A model generated the notes under the pieces. That model worked only from the letters and a program-made list of their open reading frames with translations. It had not been told where the DNA came from and did not search any database. From Isurus oxyrinchus (lineage: Eukaryota): 64,000 bases of DNA. Positions 12,436 to 24,545 of this stretch are shown in pieces. The DNA lies in assembly GCA_026770705.1 (NCBI GenBank), contig JANJGN010000038.1, forward strand, positions 4,216,001 through 4,280,000, read 5' to 3'. The translations under genes were made by a program, and so were the position numbers. Each line of letters starts with the position of its first letter. The stretch's first letter is position 1.

Positions 12436-13919
12436 TAACACATATTGCATGTTCGCTTTCTCTAGATTGTGTACTCGAGCACCCAAATTATGAAAATTTA
12501 CAATTTTTACCAGTTTCTCGCCTGTTTAAACGCTGGATGAGGATAGAATGAACCTCGTCTGTGTTATTATCTCAGGGAATCTGAAGGTTCTGGTGCAACA
12601 TTAACACAGGGCTTTGATGCGTGTGTAAATTAATATGTGAGATAATTCATAAAATTAATGGTCCTGGCCTCCCATTTGGTGGCGATACTCGGATAATCAG
12701 CACTGATTGTAAATGTTATTAAAGCCCTATCTTTTTCCACCCTTGCAGCTTGTTTTTCTTGCCTACGTAGCGGGGTGGGGGAGATGAGGTGTGTATGACA
12801 TGCGTAGATGGCGGGTGGTCAGCAGTTGGGATTGGGATGGGTGAGTAGTTAACCTGCTTTGCAGTCGGTTGGGGGTTGAATGGACGGGCGATGGCTAGTG
12901 AGAGCTGTGCAAGTGGATCGACGGGAAGGCAATCGAGTCAGATTAGATATTCTGGGGTCAGCAGTTGGGGGTGTTGTGGGTTGCTGTGTGTGGGATGAAT
13001 GTGGGAGTTCTGTAGGTGGGGGTTGGGCGTGCATGGGCTTTGCTTGAAAGTTATTCACTGACACATGCTAGAAATTAATAGCGGGAAAATACTACGCCAA
13101 GCATCTGTCACACAACAGGCACAACAGTCCAAAACTAAAGGCAGTATTGGAGTCATTGTTAGAGGGGCCTGGGCAATACAAATCTGCCCATCTGAAGTTT
13201 AAAGTTCATGGGAAATTACCATGCATGCTCCTGGATCAAGATTTCAGATCGGTCCTGATATGCAGAGCGGCAGACATTGCAATATTCACCACTGTTGGCA
13301 TCAGGAGTTCCGGTTAATGATATAGTCAGTATTAATTTCACGGCAATGGACTCCAGACACTAGCTGCAGATAGAGGGAAATTACACAAGAGTGAAATGGA
13401 GATCAGGTCAAAAAAGGCTGGCTTAGGGTGAATAACAATAAAGAACACATTTTAAGAATTATCTTAAAGGATGATAAGTTTGTGGCGAGGACAAAGGATT
13501 TAGGAGGAAATTCAGAACATGAAACTCTTAATATTTCATTGTGGTCACCCATGACAAAGGCTGCAGACATGTCGACAAAAGGGAAGAGAGGCAGCTCGAC
13601 ATTAGCAGAGTCACATCAGATATAATTTGTGCCTTTGCTAAGGACGGTGTAAGAGTTGTAATAAGGTAGAAAAATGGTTAGAAAGATTTAAGCATGGTGT
13701 CCCTGGAAGATGGGGCAGAAACGTGGGGGGTAGCAGCAGGGACAAGGAATTTGTAGAGGAAAGAGAGGTTAGAGATGGAGTGTTTGCTTACAAGGACTGA
13801 GGCAACAGGGGTTGCTTATTTACAAGGGCAGGGGTAATGACTACAGAATGGAGCAGCAAAGAACAGTGGCTAAGCAGATGGAACTATTAATTATATCAGC
13901 AACTGAGGAACATGATGAG

Positions 13920-14500
13920 GAAGTTCGGTGTTCAGCAGTTTGGTGGGAGTACGGTGAACCAGTCCCCACCAGCAGCCGCCCCTCCGCCCACATCCTACAC
14001 CATGCCTCCCATCAACCCAATCAAACGCCTGGAAATCTCGCATCTGAAACATAATGGAACTCTCACTACTCATCAGTATGGTTATCAGAGCAACACCCAA
14101 TAAACAGAATCACCTTCAATAATGGAATAGATTTTCCATCAGTGTCCGTCCATCATTAAACTTGCTATTTCTCCACCTCCACCTCTGTGGATGAAGGAAG
14201 AATGTCTACAGAATCAACTACAACAACACACCGGGGCTACTTCGACAGCACGTACCAGGACAGCAAAATGCAGAAGGTTTGCAATGCCGTGAGATTCACC
14301 TTCTCTAACGCACCATCCTGAGTTGGAACGGTAACATCTCCCTTCATCAGCGTTCCGGAATTCCCTAACAGCAGGTAGGAGCACAGTCAGCAGAGGGAAT
14401 ACTTCAGCTCAGCAAGAAGACTCAGCACCAACTTCTCAGCTCACTTCCGGATGGGTAATAAATGGAAGTTTGTCACAAGAATCCATTTCCCAAGGACACA
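13920..14500 (+). mobile_element. Older copy of the HER1-like LINE 3' end
   Basis: ctcagcaccaacttctc...ggatgggtaataaatg tail homologous to 12350-12420. Confidence 0.5.
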
Positions 14501-15177
14501 TTTTGAAAATAAAAAAACTTTGGGAGGGGGATAATGATTTGCAGCTCTAAATAACGTCATGCAGAGACAAGGGAAGGAAATTAAGACTATGGTCAGAAAT
14601 GGGAACGGAGCCAATTTTTGGTGAGGGGAGCAAATATTGTTGAACAATTATTACATTTTAAATTCTCTCCTAAATATCTAAATTTGGTTATTGTTAGGCA
14701 AAGCGGGAGATGGTGGAATGGAATTTGCCTGGAGCTGAATTATTATGTGAGATCTTCCCTCGTTCCTGTCTGCCCTAATTTCCGCAGATCAGGGCAAATT
14801 ACTATCTGCATCGCACTGCAAAACCAATACCTGAGCAACATATTCTGCTCAGATATTGGGGTTCAGTTTAAACAGCAGACTGCAGCTGTTCAATAGATAT
14901 AATTCATCACTAATATTTATTGCGTAAAATATTACACCAGCCAAATTCTGAAGAAAAAAGTCACTTGAAGCAAGTCTTGAGATGTACAAACGGTCCAATG
15001 AACTGTGAACAGTGAATCAGCAACTGCTGAAATGCTACTTCACAGAAGCACAGGGCATTACATGTCACAGGACACAAGAATTACAGAGAATAAAATTAAT
15101 TAACTCACGTTAAGGGCAAGGACAACAAACATGGTGAAAGATGTTTTATAAAATAAGTTTCCAAAATAATCACTCAC

Positions 15178-15274
15178 CAGGAATGCCAACAGCAGCGAGG
15201 AGCGGAAAGTAAATCCTTTGCAAATCATAAATCACCCAGACAATCCGAAGTGCAGTTGGAATTTCAAAGAACAT
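15178..15274 (-). pseudogene. GPCR pseudogene A, exon 1
   Basis: MFFEIPTALRIVWVIYDLQRIYFPLLAAVGIP followed by G|gtgagt donor; phase 1 matches exon 2 at 9907 (5.3 kb intron); start codon uncertain. Confidence 0.8.
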
Positions 15275-15537
15275 GATCTCATTTGCTGTGAGATCCAATG
15301 ATCGCTGTTTATACTGGCAACCACACTCTGTCAAACACTGATATACACATTGAAAACATTGCCTAGATATAGGCGGAGGAGAGTCCTGGTGATTCAATTA
15401 AACAATACACTGGCTGGCATTAATTACAGTCACTTAACAAACAAGATGCCTTAACCCTTTCATCCCATCACTTTGTATGGAAAAAATATACTAAAAACTG
15501 CATGGCATTCCTGTCAAGATAATTTATTCAAAGCAAG

Positions 15538-15549
15538 CACGTGACGTCA
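15538..15549. promoter_or_regulatory. Overlapping E-box (CACGTG) and perfect CRE (TGACGTCA) upstream of GPCR A
   Basis: cacgtgacgtca ~270 bp upstream of the exon 1 ATG; motif match only. Confidence 0.3.
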
Positions 15550-15990
15550 GCCACTTTTGTGATAAACAGGTTATGGAATTCTGCAGGCTTGCAGCACAGA
15601 TAAGAAAAGAAAAACAGACTCAAATCCAGAGCTTTGATTATTCCGGAGATAAAATGCTGCCAAACAATTTCATGGTTTCAATTAATTTCTCAGGGGGTGA
15701 ACACAAGTGCCAGAGTATGGACAGAAGCAGTAACTGTCCAAAAGGATGCATAGTTGATCATTGTCTAGTGATCAGAAAGGGAAATAGTAGACTGATGATT
15801 TGAAACTGCTTGGTTTAACAGTAAACGTAAAACTGATGCTATGGATCAACAATTACCATGGAAATGATATGAGAGTTTAACTTTAAAGCTGACCTGGAAA
15901 ATGATGCCCCGGTGTAACTTAACCCTGCAATTGAAATCCAAGAAATATGAGTGTCCATATAAATGACGCTAGACAATCTAAAATGATTTT

Positions 15991-16395
15991 GTACCTGACA
16001 CCACGGACTTACAGTGACTATGCAACTAATACCTGGTCATACAGTGCTCATTTGAATTATGCATAAGTCCATCAGTGGGCTTCCTACAGATACTGTTGTC
16101 AAACGGTGACCATGGGATTGAAATATGGTATCCTATTCGCCTTGTACCCGAAACTTCGCTGTAACTGATAATCGAGTACAACAGTGACGTTGTAACTGAT
16201 ATCCCGATCTTACATTGACCATGTACATGACATTCCAGTCTATCAGTGCTATTCTAACTGATAATTCAGTCTAACAGTGGCTTTGTACCGGATACCCCAA
16301 TTTGAACGTGAACATGTACCTGACGCCTCGGTCTAACTGTGACTTTGGAACTGGTATACCAGTTTAATAGTAAATTTGTACCTGATACTGCGGTG
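15991..16395. repeat. Degenerate 31-bp minisatellite
   Basis: Units such as tgtaactgataatcgagtacaacagtgacgt, tgtaactgatatcccgatcttacattgacca and tgtacctgacgcctcggtctaactgtgactt; strict 31-bp phase over 16160-16395. Confidence 0.75.
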
Positions 16396-16929
16396 AAAAA
16401 TTCACCTTCTGTTACCCATGGCTAGTGTCATAATTCAGCTGATTTTCAATCCAATTGCTAGTTTTAGGAATTAAAGATTTAACTGTAGGCAGTGGGGATA
16501 TCTGGTGGCAAAAACTGGTAAAAGCAGCCGTAAATTAAATGCATTTTAACCAACTTTGAAGTTTATTATTCTTAAAAGTTTGGAACCATGTTGACTTAAG
16601 AGGCTCACAGCTAAAATTACAAGATCATGATAATGTGGGCGCTTTTAATTAGCTAACGACAAGGAGGCAGGACCTTTGAAGTTATTCCAGTAAATAAAAA
16701 GCTTGTTACGTCGTTTCCCAAGGTTAAGGTAAGTTTTGGAGCTAACAGGTAGTTAAATTGCATTTCTAAGTGGTAACAGACCTTGTGTATCACCTGAGGA
16801 TCGGTGAAGCTCAGTTGAGATTTTAGAACAAGGTGGAGTGAAGGAAACGTATTTGTCATCAGAATTCAGTTCAAATTCTGGGTGTTTGCTTAAAGAATTA
16901 AAACTTTTGTCATCTTCAGGGTTTTTTCA

Positions 16930-18650
16930 ACCCTGATTTAAATGTCTGGTATGGCCAAGCTAAGGGAGCAGAGAAGGAATGATTTATAGATACAACCCTC
17001 CATAGTCGGAGATGACCACAGCAAGGGGACCCCTGGCTGGAGGCCGCTACGTCGCCAGAGACAGCGATGTTGAAAGGTGTAGGGGTCCTCCACCAGTCCG
17101 TGGCCTCTCAGTGTTGTTACGGGCTGCCTTCTCCTGAAAGCACAGAGGAGCATTCATTAGTCCACATCCAACATGCAGCGCCATTACAGCCTGGCGAACC
17201 CCAGCATTGGGGCGCCTTGCAGGCCACATCCATATCATGGCCGGTGATTCACATGGCACTCAGTCAAAGCAGCCAAAGCTCAGCAACTTGGCCAGAGCCG
17301 GAGTGATTGACAGTTAGGACTCAGGTTCTGACACGCTGAACTGCATGGGGAGGGCGGCTTGTTCAAAACAATTCCACACACTGACTGATGCCAACACAGC
17401 AATCATCTTTTCCGAGTGCAGCAGGTCAATCAAACGCCTCTGGCACTGCACCCAGGTGTGCCTTATGGCTGTTCACCAAGGCTGCCTCTTCCTCCCAATG
17501 CTTCTTTGTGAGGTTTGGAGGTGTCCTCCTTCCATCTCTTCAGACAAGGGTGTCCCTTCCGGCAGCCACCCCCTCCATGAGGTCAGCGAGGCACACCTCA
17601 GTAAAACTGGGGGCCGAATGCCCAAACAACATGCCCTCCAGCCTGGTGTGTGCTGCCACACAGGAGTCTATCTTTGCAACAGCAGACAGAGGTCATTCTC
17701 CAGCAGCCTTCCTGGGGCTGCCTGGGCCGTTTTCAAACTGGCGGCCGGATCGCCATTGGACCCGGCGGCCGAGAGGCTCCCATCCCCGCTCGGCCCCTCC
17801 AACCTGTCACCAGCTGAGTTTCACGCGGGGTGGCCCTTAATTGACCTGCCAGCGTGAAATCGCTTTCCGGCCCTGATCGCGGGCTGGCAGTCGCATTCCG
17901 GAAAGCTCCTGTCCACCTCTCTGTGCCCGCCCAATGAGGACAAAACTCCTCCCTTTGACCTAGTGGCCATTGGTAAAACCCCCATCTCTTTCATCATAAA
18001 CTGCACTCTCTATAGCGTGATGGAGAATTGAGAGTTTAATTTGAGTCCATTTTGCTTTGGAAATGGGTTCAGACTTCATGACCTGCTGAGAAACCTATAA
18101 GTCCACACCTGGGCTGTGTAATTAGCCTGCCATGTGTGCAGGAGAGAATGCACCTACTGTCCAACCTGCTGAGTTTCTAGTGGCTCTATGCAGACCAAGC
18201 GATGTGGCTTAATTGGTTAATCACCATTTAGATCCAAGTTCACTCACACGTTCCACCAATAAAGGCATAATTGCATTCAGATACAGTAAGAGCAAGAAGA
18301 GATCTACTGCCCCTCCTCAATACTGTCTCATACAGACAACCACACCGGTGAGTAGCTGTTACCCACTCCCAATGACTTCAATCTTCCATTTCACTTGGTG
18401 ACTCATTGACACAGCGATACCAAAGAGTGGACCTGCAACAGTCCGGGCTGTGGCCAGGCGTTACTTTCTGCTTATGCACTAGAGTATTCACATTGATAAG
18501 AGGTCAAATATCTCTTTGGCGTTTCTGTGGGATTTCAACCAGCAAATATCACTGCGAAAGGGATATCATGCACCTGTTCCAGCTCTGAGAAGGGCTGTGC
18601 ATAGTTGCCCTTCACAATGAGACACGAACGTCCTTGAGTAATGGGGGGAG
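16930..18650. mobile_element. GC-rich composite of degenerate LINE (possibly Tx1/L1-like) pieces and a MITE-like element (~17720-17950)
   Basis: Abrupt GC rise, broken ORFs, internal inverted repeat tttcacgc...gcgtgaaa; family assignment is tentative. Confidence 0.35.
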
Positions 18651-21362
18651 GGCACTGGAATATATAAATATATTTTTTCAGAATATCTCTTAGAGAGAAA
18701 AAAATGCCTGATCTATAATTTACATCATTATATGACTCCAGAAAAAAGAGGATATAGAACGTTTTGAAAATTGACTCATGGGAATTTGAAGTCGTTCCTG
18801 TGCTGTAAGTTCACTATTGTGTCACATAGTTTGAGCTATCGAAGTCTTAGAGCAATTTCGGGCCTCAATTAGTTGCTTATCGAAAATATTACAATAGCTT
18901 CCAGAAAGAACCTGAATTGGCATCAAATTTGCAAACACAAAAATAGTTTCAAGCCCCTGGAAGAGTAACGATTGGTGTTTGGAATTAAAATTATTCTAGG
19001 ATTTATCCAGTTTACTCTTTTTTTTTTTGAGTGACATGAGTTGAAAGATGCTGTTCAGAGTCCGGAGATTTGCAAGCATTTTTAAATTATGTAAAATGAG
19101 GATTTCCTTCACCATCCATTGCTCCTTGTTCATGCCTCTACTGGTATCTTCTATTTAACTAACTTAGCCAGCCGTCACGTGTAGCTAATTGTGGACACTG
19201 ATGTGACTGGTAACTGATCAGTCACTGGACCAAAGAGTAATAGATAGTCGTTGAGCATGTGACCTTGATATTCATCACCAAGCGGTGTATAAAAGATCAA
19301 CTTAACACTGTTGTGTGATTGCCTTCTGAAATGTTAGGCATAAAAGCCTGTGTTTGGGGATCCTTATGGCCTTGGTAACTGCTTGAATGTAAACGTTTGT
19401 TAAGTGAATATGAACCTGAACTGTTTGAGGGAACAACTGCAGCGCCACCACTAGCGATACACGGTGGTGGTGGTATCACGGGTGTATGCGCAATGTTTAC
19501 TCCCCTCCTCCTTGCACCCTGACAGTGTTGTTGGGTTCTCCATTTTGATAGACTGTGCATTAATAAAATAAGTCAAAATAGCAGCCAATGTTCTTCCAGT
19601 TTGTCCGCTTCTATTTCCATTTAAAACGACATAAAATATATACAGATACATACGTGTTGATGTCGAAATGCATGTGGTTGTGTGGGTACGTGCGTGTTTG
19701 CTTGTGTGCAAGCACGCCTATGTGTGTACGCGTGTGTGTTTGTTTGTGTAGCATCTTTGACATGTGTCTATGCGCATGCCTGCCTGTGTTATTATAGTTC
19801 AGAGCTTCAACATTTTTTTTGACCAAGAGTCTGTTTATCTCCGCCTTGATGCCAGGTCATTTAAATCTGGCTCTTTCTATGCAAGGAGGTGGGAATGTGA
19901 CACATAAGTTTTCGTTTAACGTTGTGTGGTCTACGGTTAAACTATGTCATCAAGTAGCAGATGACAAGATTCACTGGAGCAGGAAGCATGATTTATGCTG
20001 CCAGAGAGTAACTGAGAGCTGTTAATTACCTTTGATCATAGATCCGTTGGTTTCTCTGACAATAAACTAAGAAGCGGGTATCCAATGACCCCTCCAGCTT
20101 GCAGCAGTTATAATCATTCAAAGGATTTCATTACAATTGTTTAACTTCCTTAACTTCTCCTTGCGCTTTTAGAACATAAAAAATTAAACATCTTATTGAT
20201 TAGAGAATGCTTAGAGGCCTGATTCTTTGTTCCAAATTTCTGTGAATTTCATGCTGTACGAGTGAAATTTTAACAGAGCAGAAGTTGAAAATTCAAAAGA
20301 CCTTTACATCTCCTGGATCTTCATCAAGCATCGTAAATACAGGGAAAGAAAAAATCACGTTTCTATCTCTTTCTTAAGATGTTATTTAAACAGATTCTGT
20401 ATTTCCTCTAACTGTATCACTAGATTAAAGGAGTGACTATTCTTCACTAGATACGCCCTTGTCATTAAGCAACCTGGGACACTCTGAACTATTGAAGGAC
20501 TTTGTATAAGTTTAGAAGGTGCTGTCTCCCAGTAACTATGAATGAATAATGAGATGGAATTGTGAAATGAATGTACAGCTTCTTTCCACTAATTGTCAGT
20601 TTCTATGCCTGTTTCCCTTTCCCTTGTCTAGGACTCTCCTTCAATTTATCTCTGTCTATTTGACTCTGTATCTATCCTTAACTCTTTTTTTTCTCATTTG
20701 CTCGCCTTGATCTCTCTGTGTGAAGAATATTCTTGCTCTCGCTCTGGTTAATTAGGCCAGGGTTGTTTCTAGATCGATTATTGCTCTGACATGGAATTCA
20801 TAGCTGTGCAATGGATTAGCTCCGATTCAATACAATGAAGACTAAATCCATCCCTCACTTTTGATTCAGTACTCGGAGGAACATAGTGTTTTTTTGAGTT
20901 GCCATTTTGTATCTATAGCTCTCTGTCCGTCTTCGAATTAAATACGTACAGAGAGAAAGGGAAGAGCCAAAAATATGCAGGAGAACAATGTCTTTATGTT
21001 TTTTTTCTCAGTTCAAACTGGTTAATAACAAAGACTAATCAACAGTGTTTGTGAAGCCGTCGCAAGAGGCTTGGATAAGGAGTGTAACGAAGCTTTGCTG
21101 CAAATATATAAGATTTTACTAACAACACATTTGGAGAACTGTGCTCAGTTTTGGTCCACCTAACTGGGGCTGGGTAGATCTGCCATAGATTGGTGCAACC
21201 AGATTCACCAGTCTCATTACAGCACGGAGCCGGAAAGAAGGGGAGGGGGGCGCTGTGGTGGCGGGGTTGGGGGGGGGAGTGGAATGGTGGGGGCGGGGAG
21301 GGAGGCATTCGACATACACAGTCTTTGCCGGACCTCCGGAGAGCAAACCAGTCAGATCAGCA

Positions 21363-21376
21363 ATATCATCTTCATC
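21363..21376 (+). repeat. Left target-site duplication ATATCATCTTCATC
   Basis: Exact 14-bp match to 22883-22896. Confidence 0.85.
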
Positions 21377-21394
21377 ATCGGCGGAGAAGAAAAG

Positions 21395-21433
21395 AGTTAA
21401 CGTTTCGAGTCTTCATGACCCTTCGACAGAACT
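21395..21433 (-). ncRNA. Minimal type I hammerhead ribozyme motif (unit 1, GUU triplet)
   Basis: AGUU-CUGUCGA-A-GGGUC-augaa-GACUC-GAAA-CG-UU-AACU. Confidence 0.6.
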
Positions 21434-21771
21434 TGATTTCGAGTCCAGGAAAGAGTTGAAATATAAGCTGGTTTAAGGTGTGTGGGGGGGGGGGGGGGGG
21501 GGCGGAGAGAGAGAGAGAGAGACAGAGGTGCAAACACTAGGAGGGAAATGGAAAGCAAAGAAGGTGAACAAGGCAACAGAGAGATACGGAAATCTTGTCG
21601 CAGAGAGGAACAGAACTTCTTCAAGGGGGTAGGCATTTCTTGAAGAGCAGTGGCAGTCAATTAAACACAGAGATAAAAACAAAGAGAACTGCGGATGCTG
21701 GAAATCCAAAACAAAAACAGAATTACCTGGAAAAACTCAGCAGGTCTGGCAGCATCGGCGGAGAAGAAAAG

Positions 21772-21810
21772 AGTTGACGTTTCGAGTCTTCATGACCCTT
21801 CGACAGAACT
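21772..21810 (-). ncRNA. Minimal type I hammerhead ribozyme motif (unit 2, GUC triplet)
   Basis: AGUU-CUGUCGA-A-GGGUC-augaa-GACUC-GAAA-CG-UC-AACU. Confidence 0.65.
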
Positions 21811-22150
21811 TGATTTCGAGTCCAGGAAAGAGTTGAAATATAAGCTGGTTTAAGGTGTGTGGGGGGGGGGGGGGGGGGGCGCGGAGAGAGAGAGAGAGAG
21901 ACAGAGGTGCAAACACTAGGAGGGAAATGGAAAGCAAAGAAGGTGAACAAGGCAACAGAGAGATACGGAAATCTTGTCGCAGAGAGGAATAGAACTTCTT
22001 CAAGGGGGTAGGCATTTCTTGAAGAGCAGTGGCAGTCAATTAAACACAGAGATAAAAACAAAGAAAACTGCGGATGCTGGAAATCCAAAACAAAAACAGA
22101 ATTACCTGGAAAAACTCAGCAGGTCTGGCAGCATCGGCGGAGAAGAAAAG

Positions 22151-22189
22151 AGTTGACGTTTCGAGTCTTCATGACCCTTCGACAGAACT
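22151..22189 (-). ncRNA. Minimal type I hammerhead ribozyme motif (unit 3)
   Basis: Identical to the unit 2 motif. Confidence 0.65.
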
Positions 22190-22745
22190 TGATTTCGAGT
22201 CCAGGAAAGAGTTGAAATATAAGCTGGTTTAAGGTGTATGGGGGGGGGGGCGCGGAGAGAGAGAGAGAGAGACAGAGGTGCAAACACTAGGAGGGAAATG
22301 GAAAGCAAAGAAGGTGAACAAGGCAACAGAGAGATACGGAAATCTTGTCGCAGAGAGGAACAGAACTTCTTCAAGGGGGTAGGCATTTCTTGAAGAGCAG
22401 TGGCAGTCAATTAAACACAGAGATAAAAACAAAGAGAACTGCGGATGCTGGAAATCCAAAACAAAAACAGAATTACCTGGAAAAACTCAGCAGGTCTGGC
22501 AGCATCGGCGGAGAAGTTGACTGCCACTGCTCTTCAAGAAATGCCTACCCCCTTGAAGAAGTTCTGTTCCTCTCTGCGACAAGATTTCCGTATCTCTCTG
22601 TTGCCTTGTTCACCTTCTTTGCTTTCCATTTCCCTCCTAGTGTTTGCACCTCTGTCTCTCTCTCTCTCTCTCTCCGCGCCCCCCCCCCCCCCTCCACACA
22701 CCTTAAACCAGCTTATATTTCAACTCTTTCCTGGACTCGAAATCA

Positions 22746-22784
22746 AGTTCTGTCGAAGGGTCATGAAGACTCGAAACGTCAACT
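22746..22784 (+). ncRNA. Minimal type I hammerhead ribozyme motif (inverted unit)
   Basis: Stem I AGTT 22746-49 / AACT 22781-84; core CTGTCGA 22750-56; stem II GGGTC/GACTC; GAAA 22773-76; predicted cleavage after C22780. Confidence 0.65.
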
Positions 22785-22882
22785 CTTTTCTTCTCCGCCG
22801 ATGCTGCCAGACCTGCTGAGTTTTTCCAGGTAATTCTGTTTTTGTTTTGGATTTCCAGCATCCGCAGTTCTCTTTGTTGTTT

Positions 22883-22896
22883 ATATCATCTTCATC
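22883..22896 (+). repeat. Right target-site duplication ATATCATCTTCATC
   Basis: Exact match to 21363-21376. Confidence 0.85.
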
Positions 22897-22914
22897 TTCT
22901 TCTTCATCATCATG

Positions 22915-23160
22915 AGAACCGAGTCAGCCTGAACCTATCAGGGTCAAGCTGTCTGGCTTAAATTTCAAACAATTCTTGGCAGTTAACTGTCCTTCGCCAT
23001 AGGTGGTGCATTATTCAGGGAAATGCCACTTGCCAACCAATCATCATTCTCCTCACATACAGTATAAATTGTGCTCCCCCCTCCCATGTATTTTTATTCT
23101 TGTAAGTTTCCTGATGAGTGCAGGGTGATAAGCTGAGACCTGTCTCTTTTTCAGAAATAC
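22915..23160 (+). mobile_element. Older Penelope-like terminal remnant (same family as 1-480)
   Basis: ttaaatttcaaaca..ggcagttaactgtc..ccacttgccaaccaatca..cagtataaattg..cctgatgagtg, the reverse complement of the window start. Confidence 0.5.
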
Positions 23161-24198
23161 TGAAGTTCTGTCCGAACAAAAACCAAAGTGTATTCTTTCT
23201 GCATTGAATAACAATGCGCAGTGTTGATTGTTGTATGAGTGTCCATGACACCAATGTTATATTGGTGTCCATCACACAACTTGCATCTGGTAAGGAACAG
23301 CATTTATTGGAGTCAATGAAATATTAAAGATCAATTGTGTCTATTAACTAACAAATGCCATTGATGTACCTCGATATTGAGGCCGGGCTATAGATATGAA
23401 TTTGGATTTTTTAAAATTTTGATTCGTTGCCTTTGTTTGTCTGCCCCACCCCTGCCAGCATCGCACCTATCGGCTGCTGGAAGACATCAAACTGAGGAAA
23501 CTTACATTTGCAATTTTTGTGTTGTTTGTAAATCTCGGAGTCATACTCATGTGCAGCTAAACGTGGTGGTAGGATGTAACAAATGTCTTGAATATACATC
23601 ACATACTTCCGTACAGCATGGAATTCTGACACAGGATACAACTTCAACATGTCTTCTGATCGCCAGTGTGTCTCCTGGACAAGAATAATATTCGTCAAAG
23701 TGTTCCTTTTCCTCATAAATGTTCAACCAAGTAAGTATTTCATGCGATTGTAACGCTTTTATTTTGTTAACTGTATTGTTATTTTTCCTCCAATTTTTCT
23801 TCACTCCATTGGTGAGGTCAGCTTCCTCGACTTCGCTCACTGGTCAGTGAGTGTTCGTACAGTATCTAAATTAGTCACAAGCTGACCTGTCATTGTCTCA
23901 GCGGGCCGGAGAAGGGCTTCTCTATTTCCTGCAGAAATGGTAGCCTTGGCTGAACACTGCCAGAAGGAATTTACACCGATGATGGCCTGGGATCAGTTAA
24001 CTGAGGGGTGAAATCGCTGAAGCTCCCTGTTTTTGTTGTTGTCTTCACACTCGAAATGCAGTCAACCGTTGTATTGAAGGGAATGATTTAACGTGAGCTC
24101 GTGTGTGTGCGCGTGTGCGTGTGCATTGGAAAGCCTATTTCGTCCAAATGAAAAAAATCTAAAAGTTGCATTGATAACATTCTGTTATTGTTTTCCAG

Positions 24199-24506
24199 AA
24201 TGCGGCCAACAGGAGAGACTTTCCCAAACACCCTCAATTGTAGCAGTGAGTGAAGGAGATACTGCGGTGTTGTCATGTATCTACTCAGCGACATACACAG
24301 CTGTTTACCTATTCTGGTACGTACAGTACTCGGGAAAAGGCCTTCAGTATGTGCTGCTCAGACACACGGCTGGGAATGAAGAGAATGCACCAGCTTTTGC
24401 AAAGCGCTTTTCAGCCGTACAGGATAGGAGCAACACAAACATCCCTTTGAACATCACAGACACCCAGCTCTCTGACTCAGCCATGTGTTACTGCGCGGCT
24501 ATGAAG
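24199..24506 (+). CDS. TRAV/DV: T-cell receptor alpha/delta-type V segment 1 (open V exon; no intact leader found)
   Basis: ttttccag acceptor; LSQTPSIVAVSEGDTAVLSC..YLFWYVQYSGKGLQYVL..RFSA..LNITDTQLSDSAMCYCA with C23, W41 and C104; 23-RSS follows; no nearby D or J RSS, as would be expected in an IgH cluster. Confidence 0.88.
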
Positions 24507-24545
24507 CACCATGTTACATAAATCCTTACCACTGGTACAAAAACT
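24507..24545 (+). other. V(D)J recombination signal sequence, 23-bp spacer
   Basis: Heptamer CACCATG 24507-13, 23-bp spacer, nonamer ACAAAAACT 24537-45. Confidence 0.9.

Larger units (their letters stand above)
21377..22882 (-). mobile_element. Young non-autonomous Penelope-derived tandem retroelement (retrozyme-like): 3 tandem units plus 1 inverted unit
   Basis: Units start at 21377, 21754, 22133 and 22504 (377/379/371 bp; differences mostly in the G-run and GA-run lengths); inverted copy 22517-~22878; 14-bp TSD; one hammerhead motif per unit; 3' part homologous to 63300-63480. Confidence 0.85.

Noticed and set aside
15991-16395. CRISPR-like array
   Set aside because: Units are wholly degenerate tandem copies with no constant repeat and unique spacer structure; the context is eukaryotic with no cas genes
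17345-17857. 170-aa and 150-aa ORFs as genes
   Set aside because: They span a junction of GC-rich repeats where stop codons are rare, with no domain signature
21397-22833. Repeated ORFs (MPTPLKKFCSSLRQDF.., MDFQHPQFSL..) as host genes
   Set aside because: They are by-products of the repeat unit, with frames shifting at the G and GA runs; at most a remnant of the parent element's ORF start
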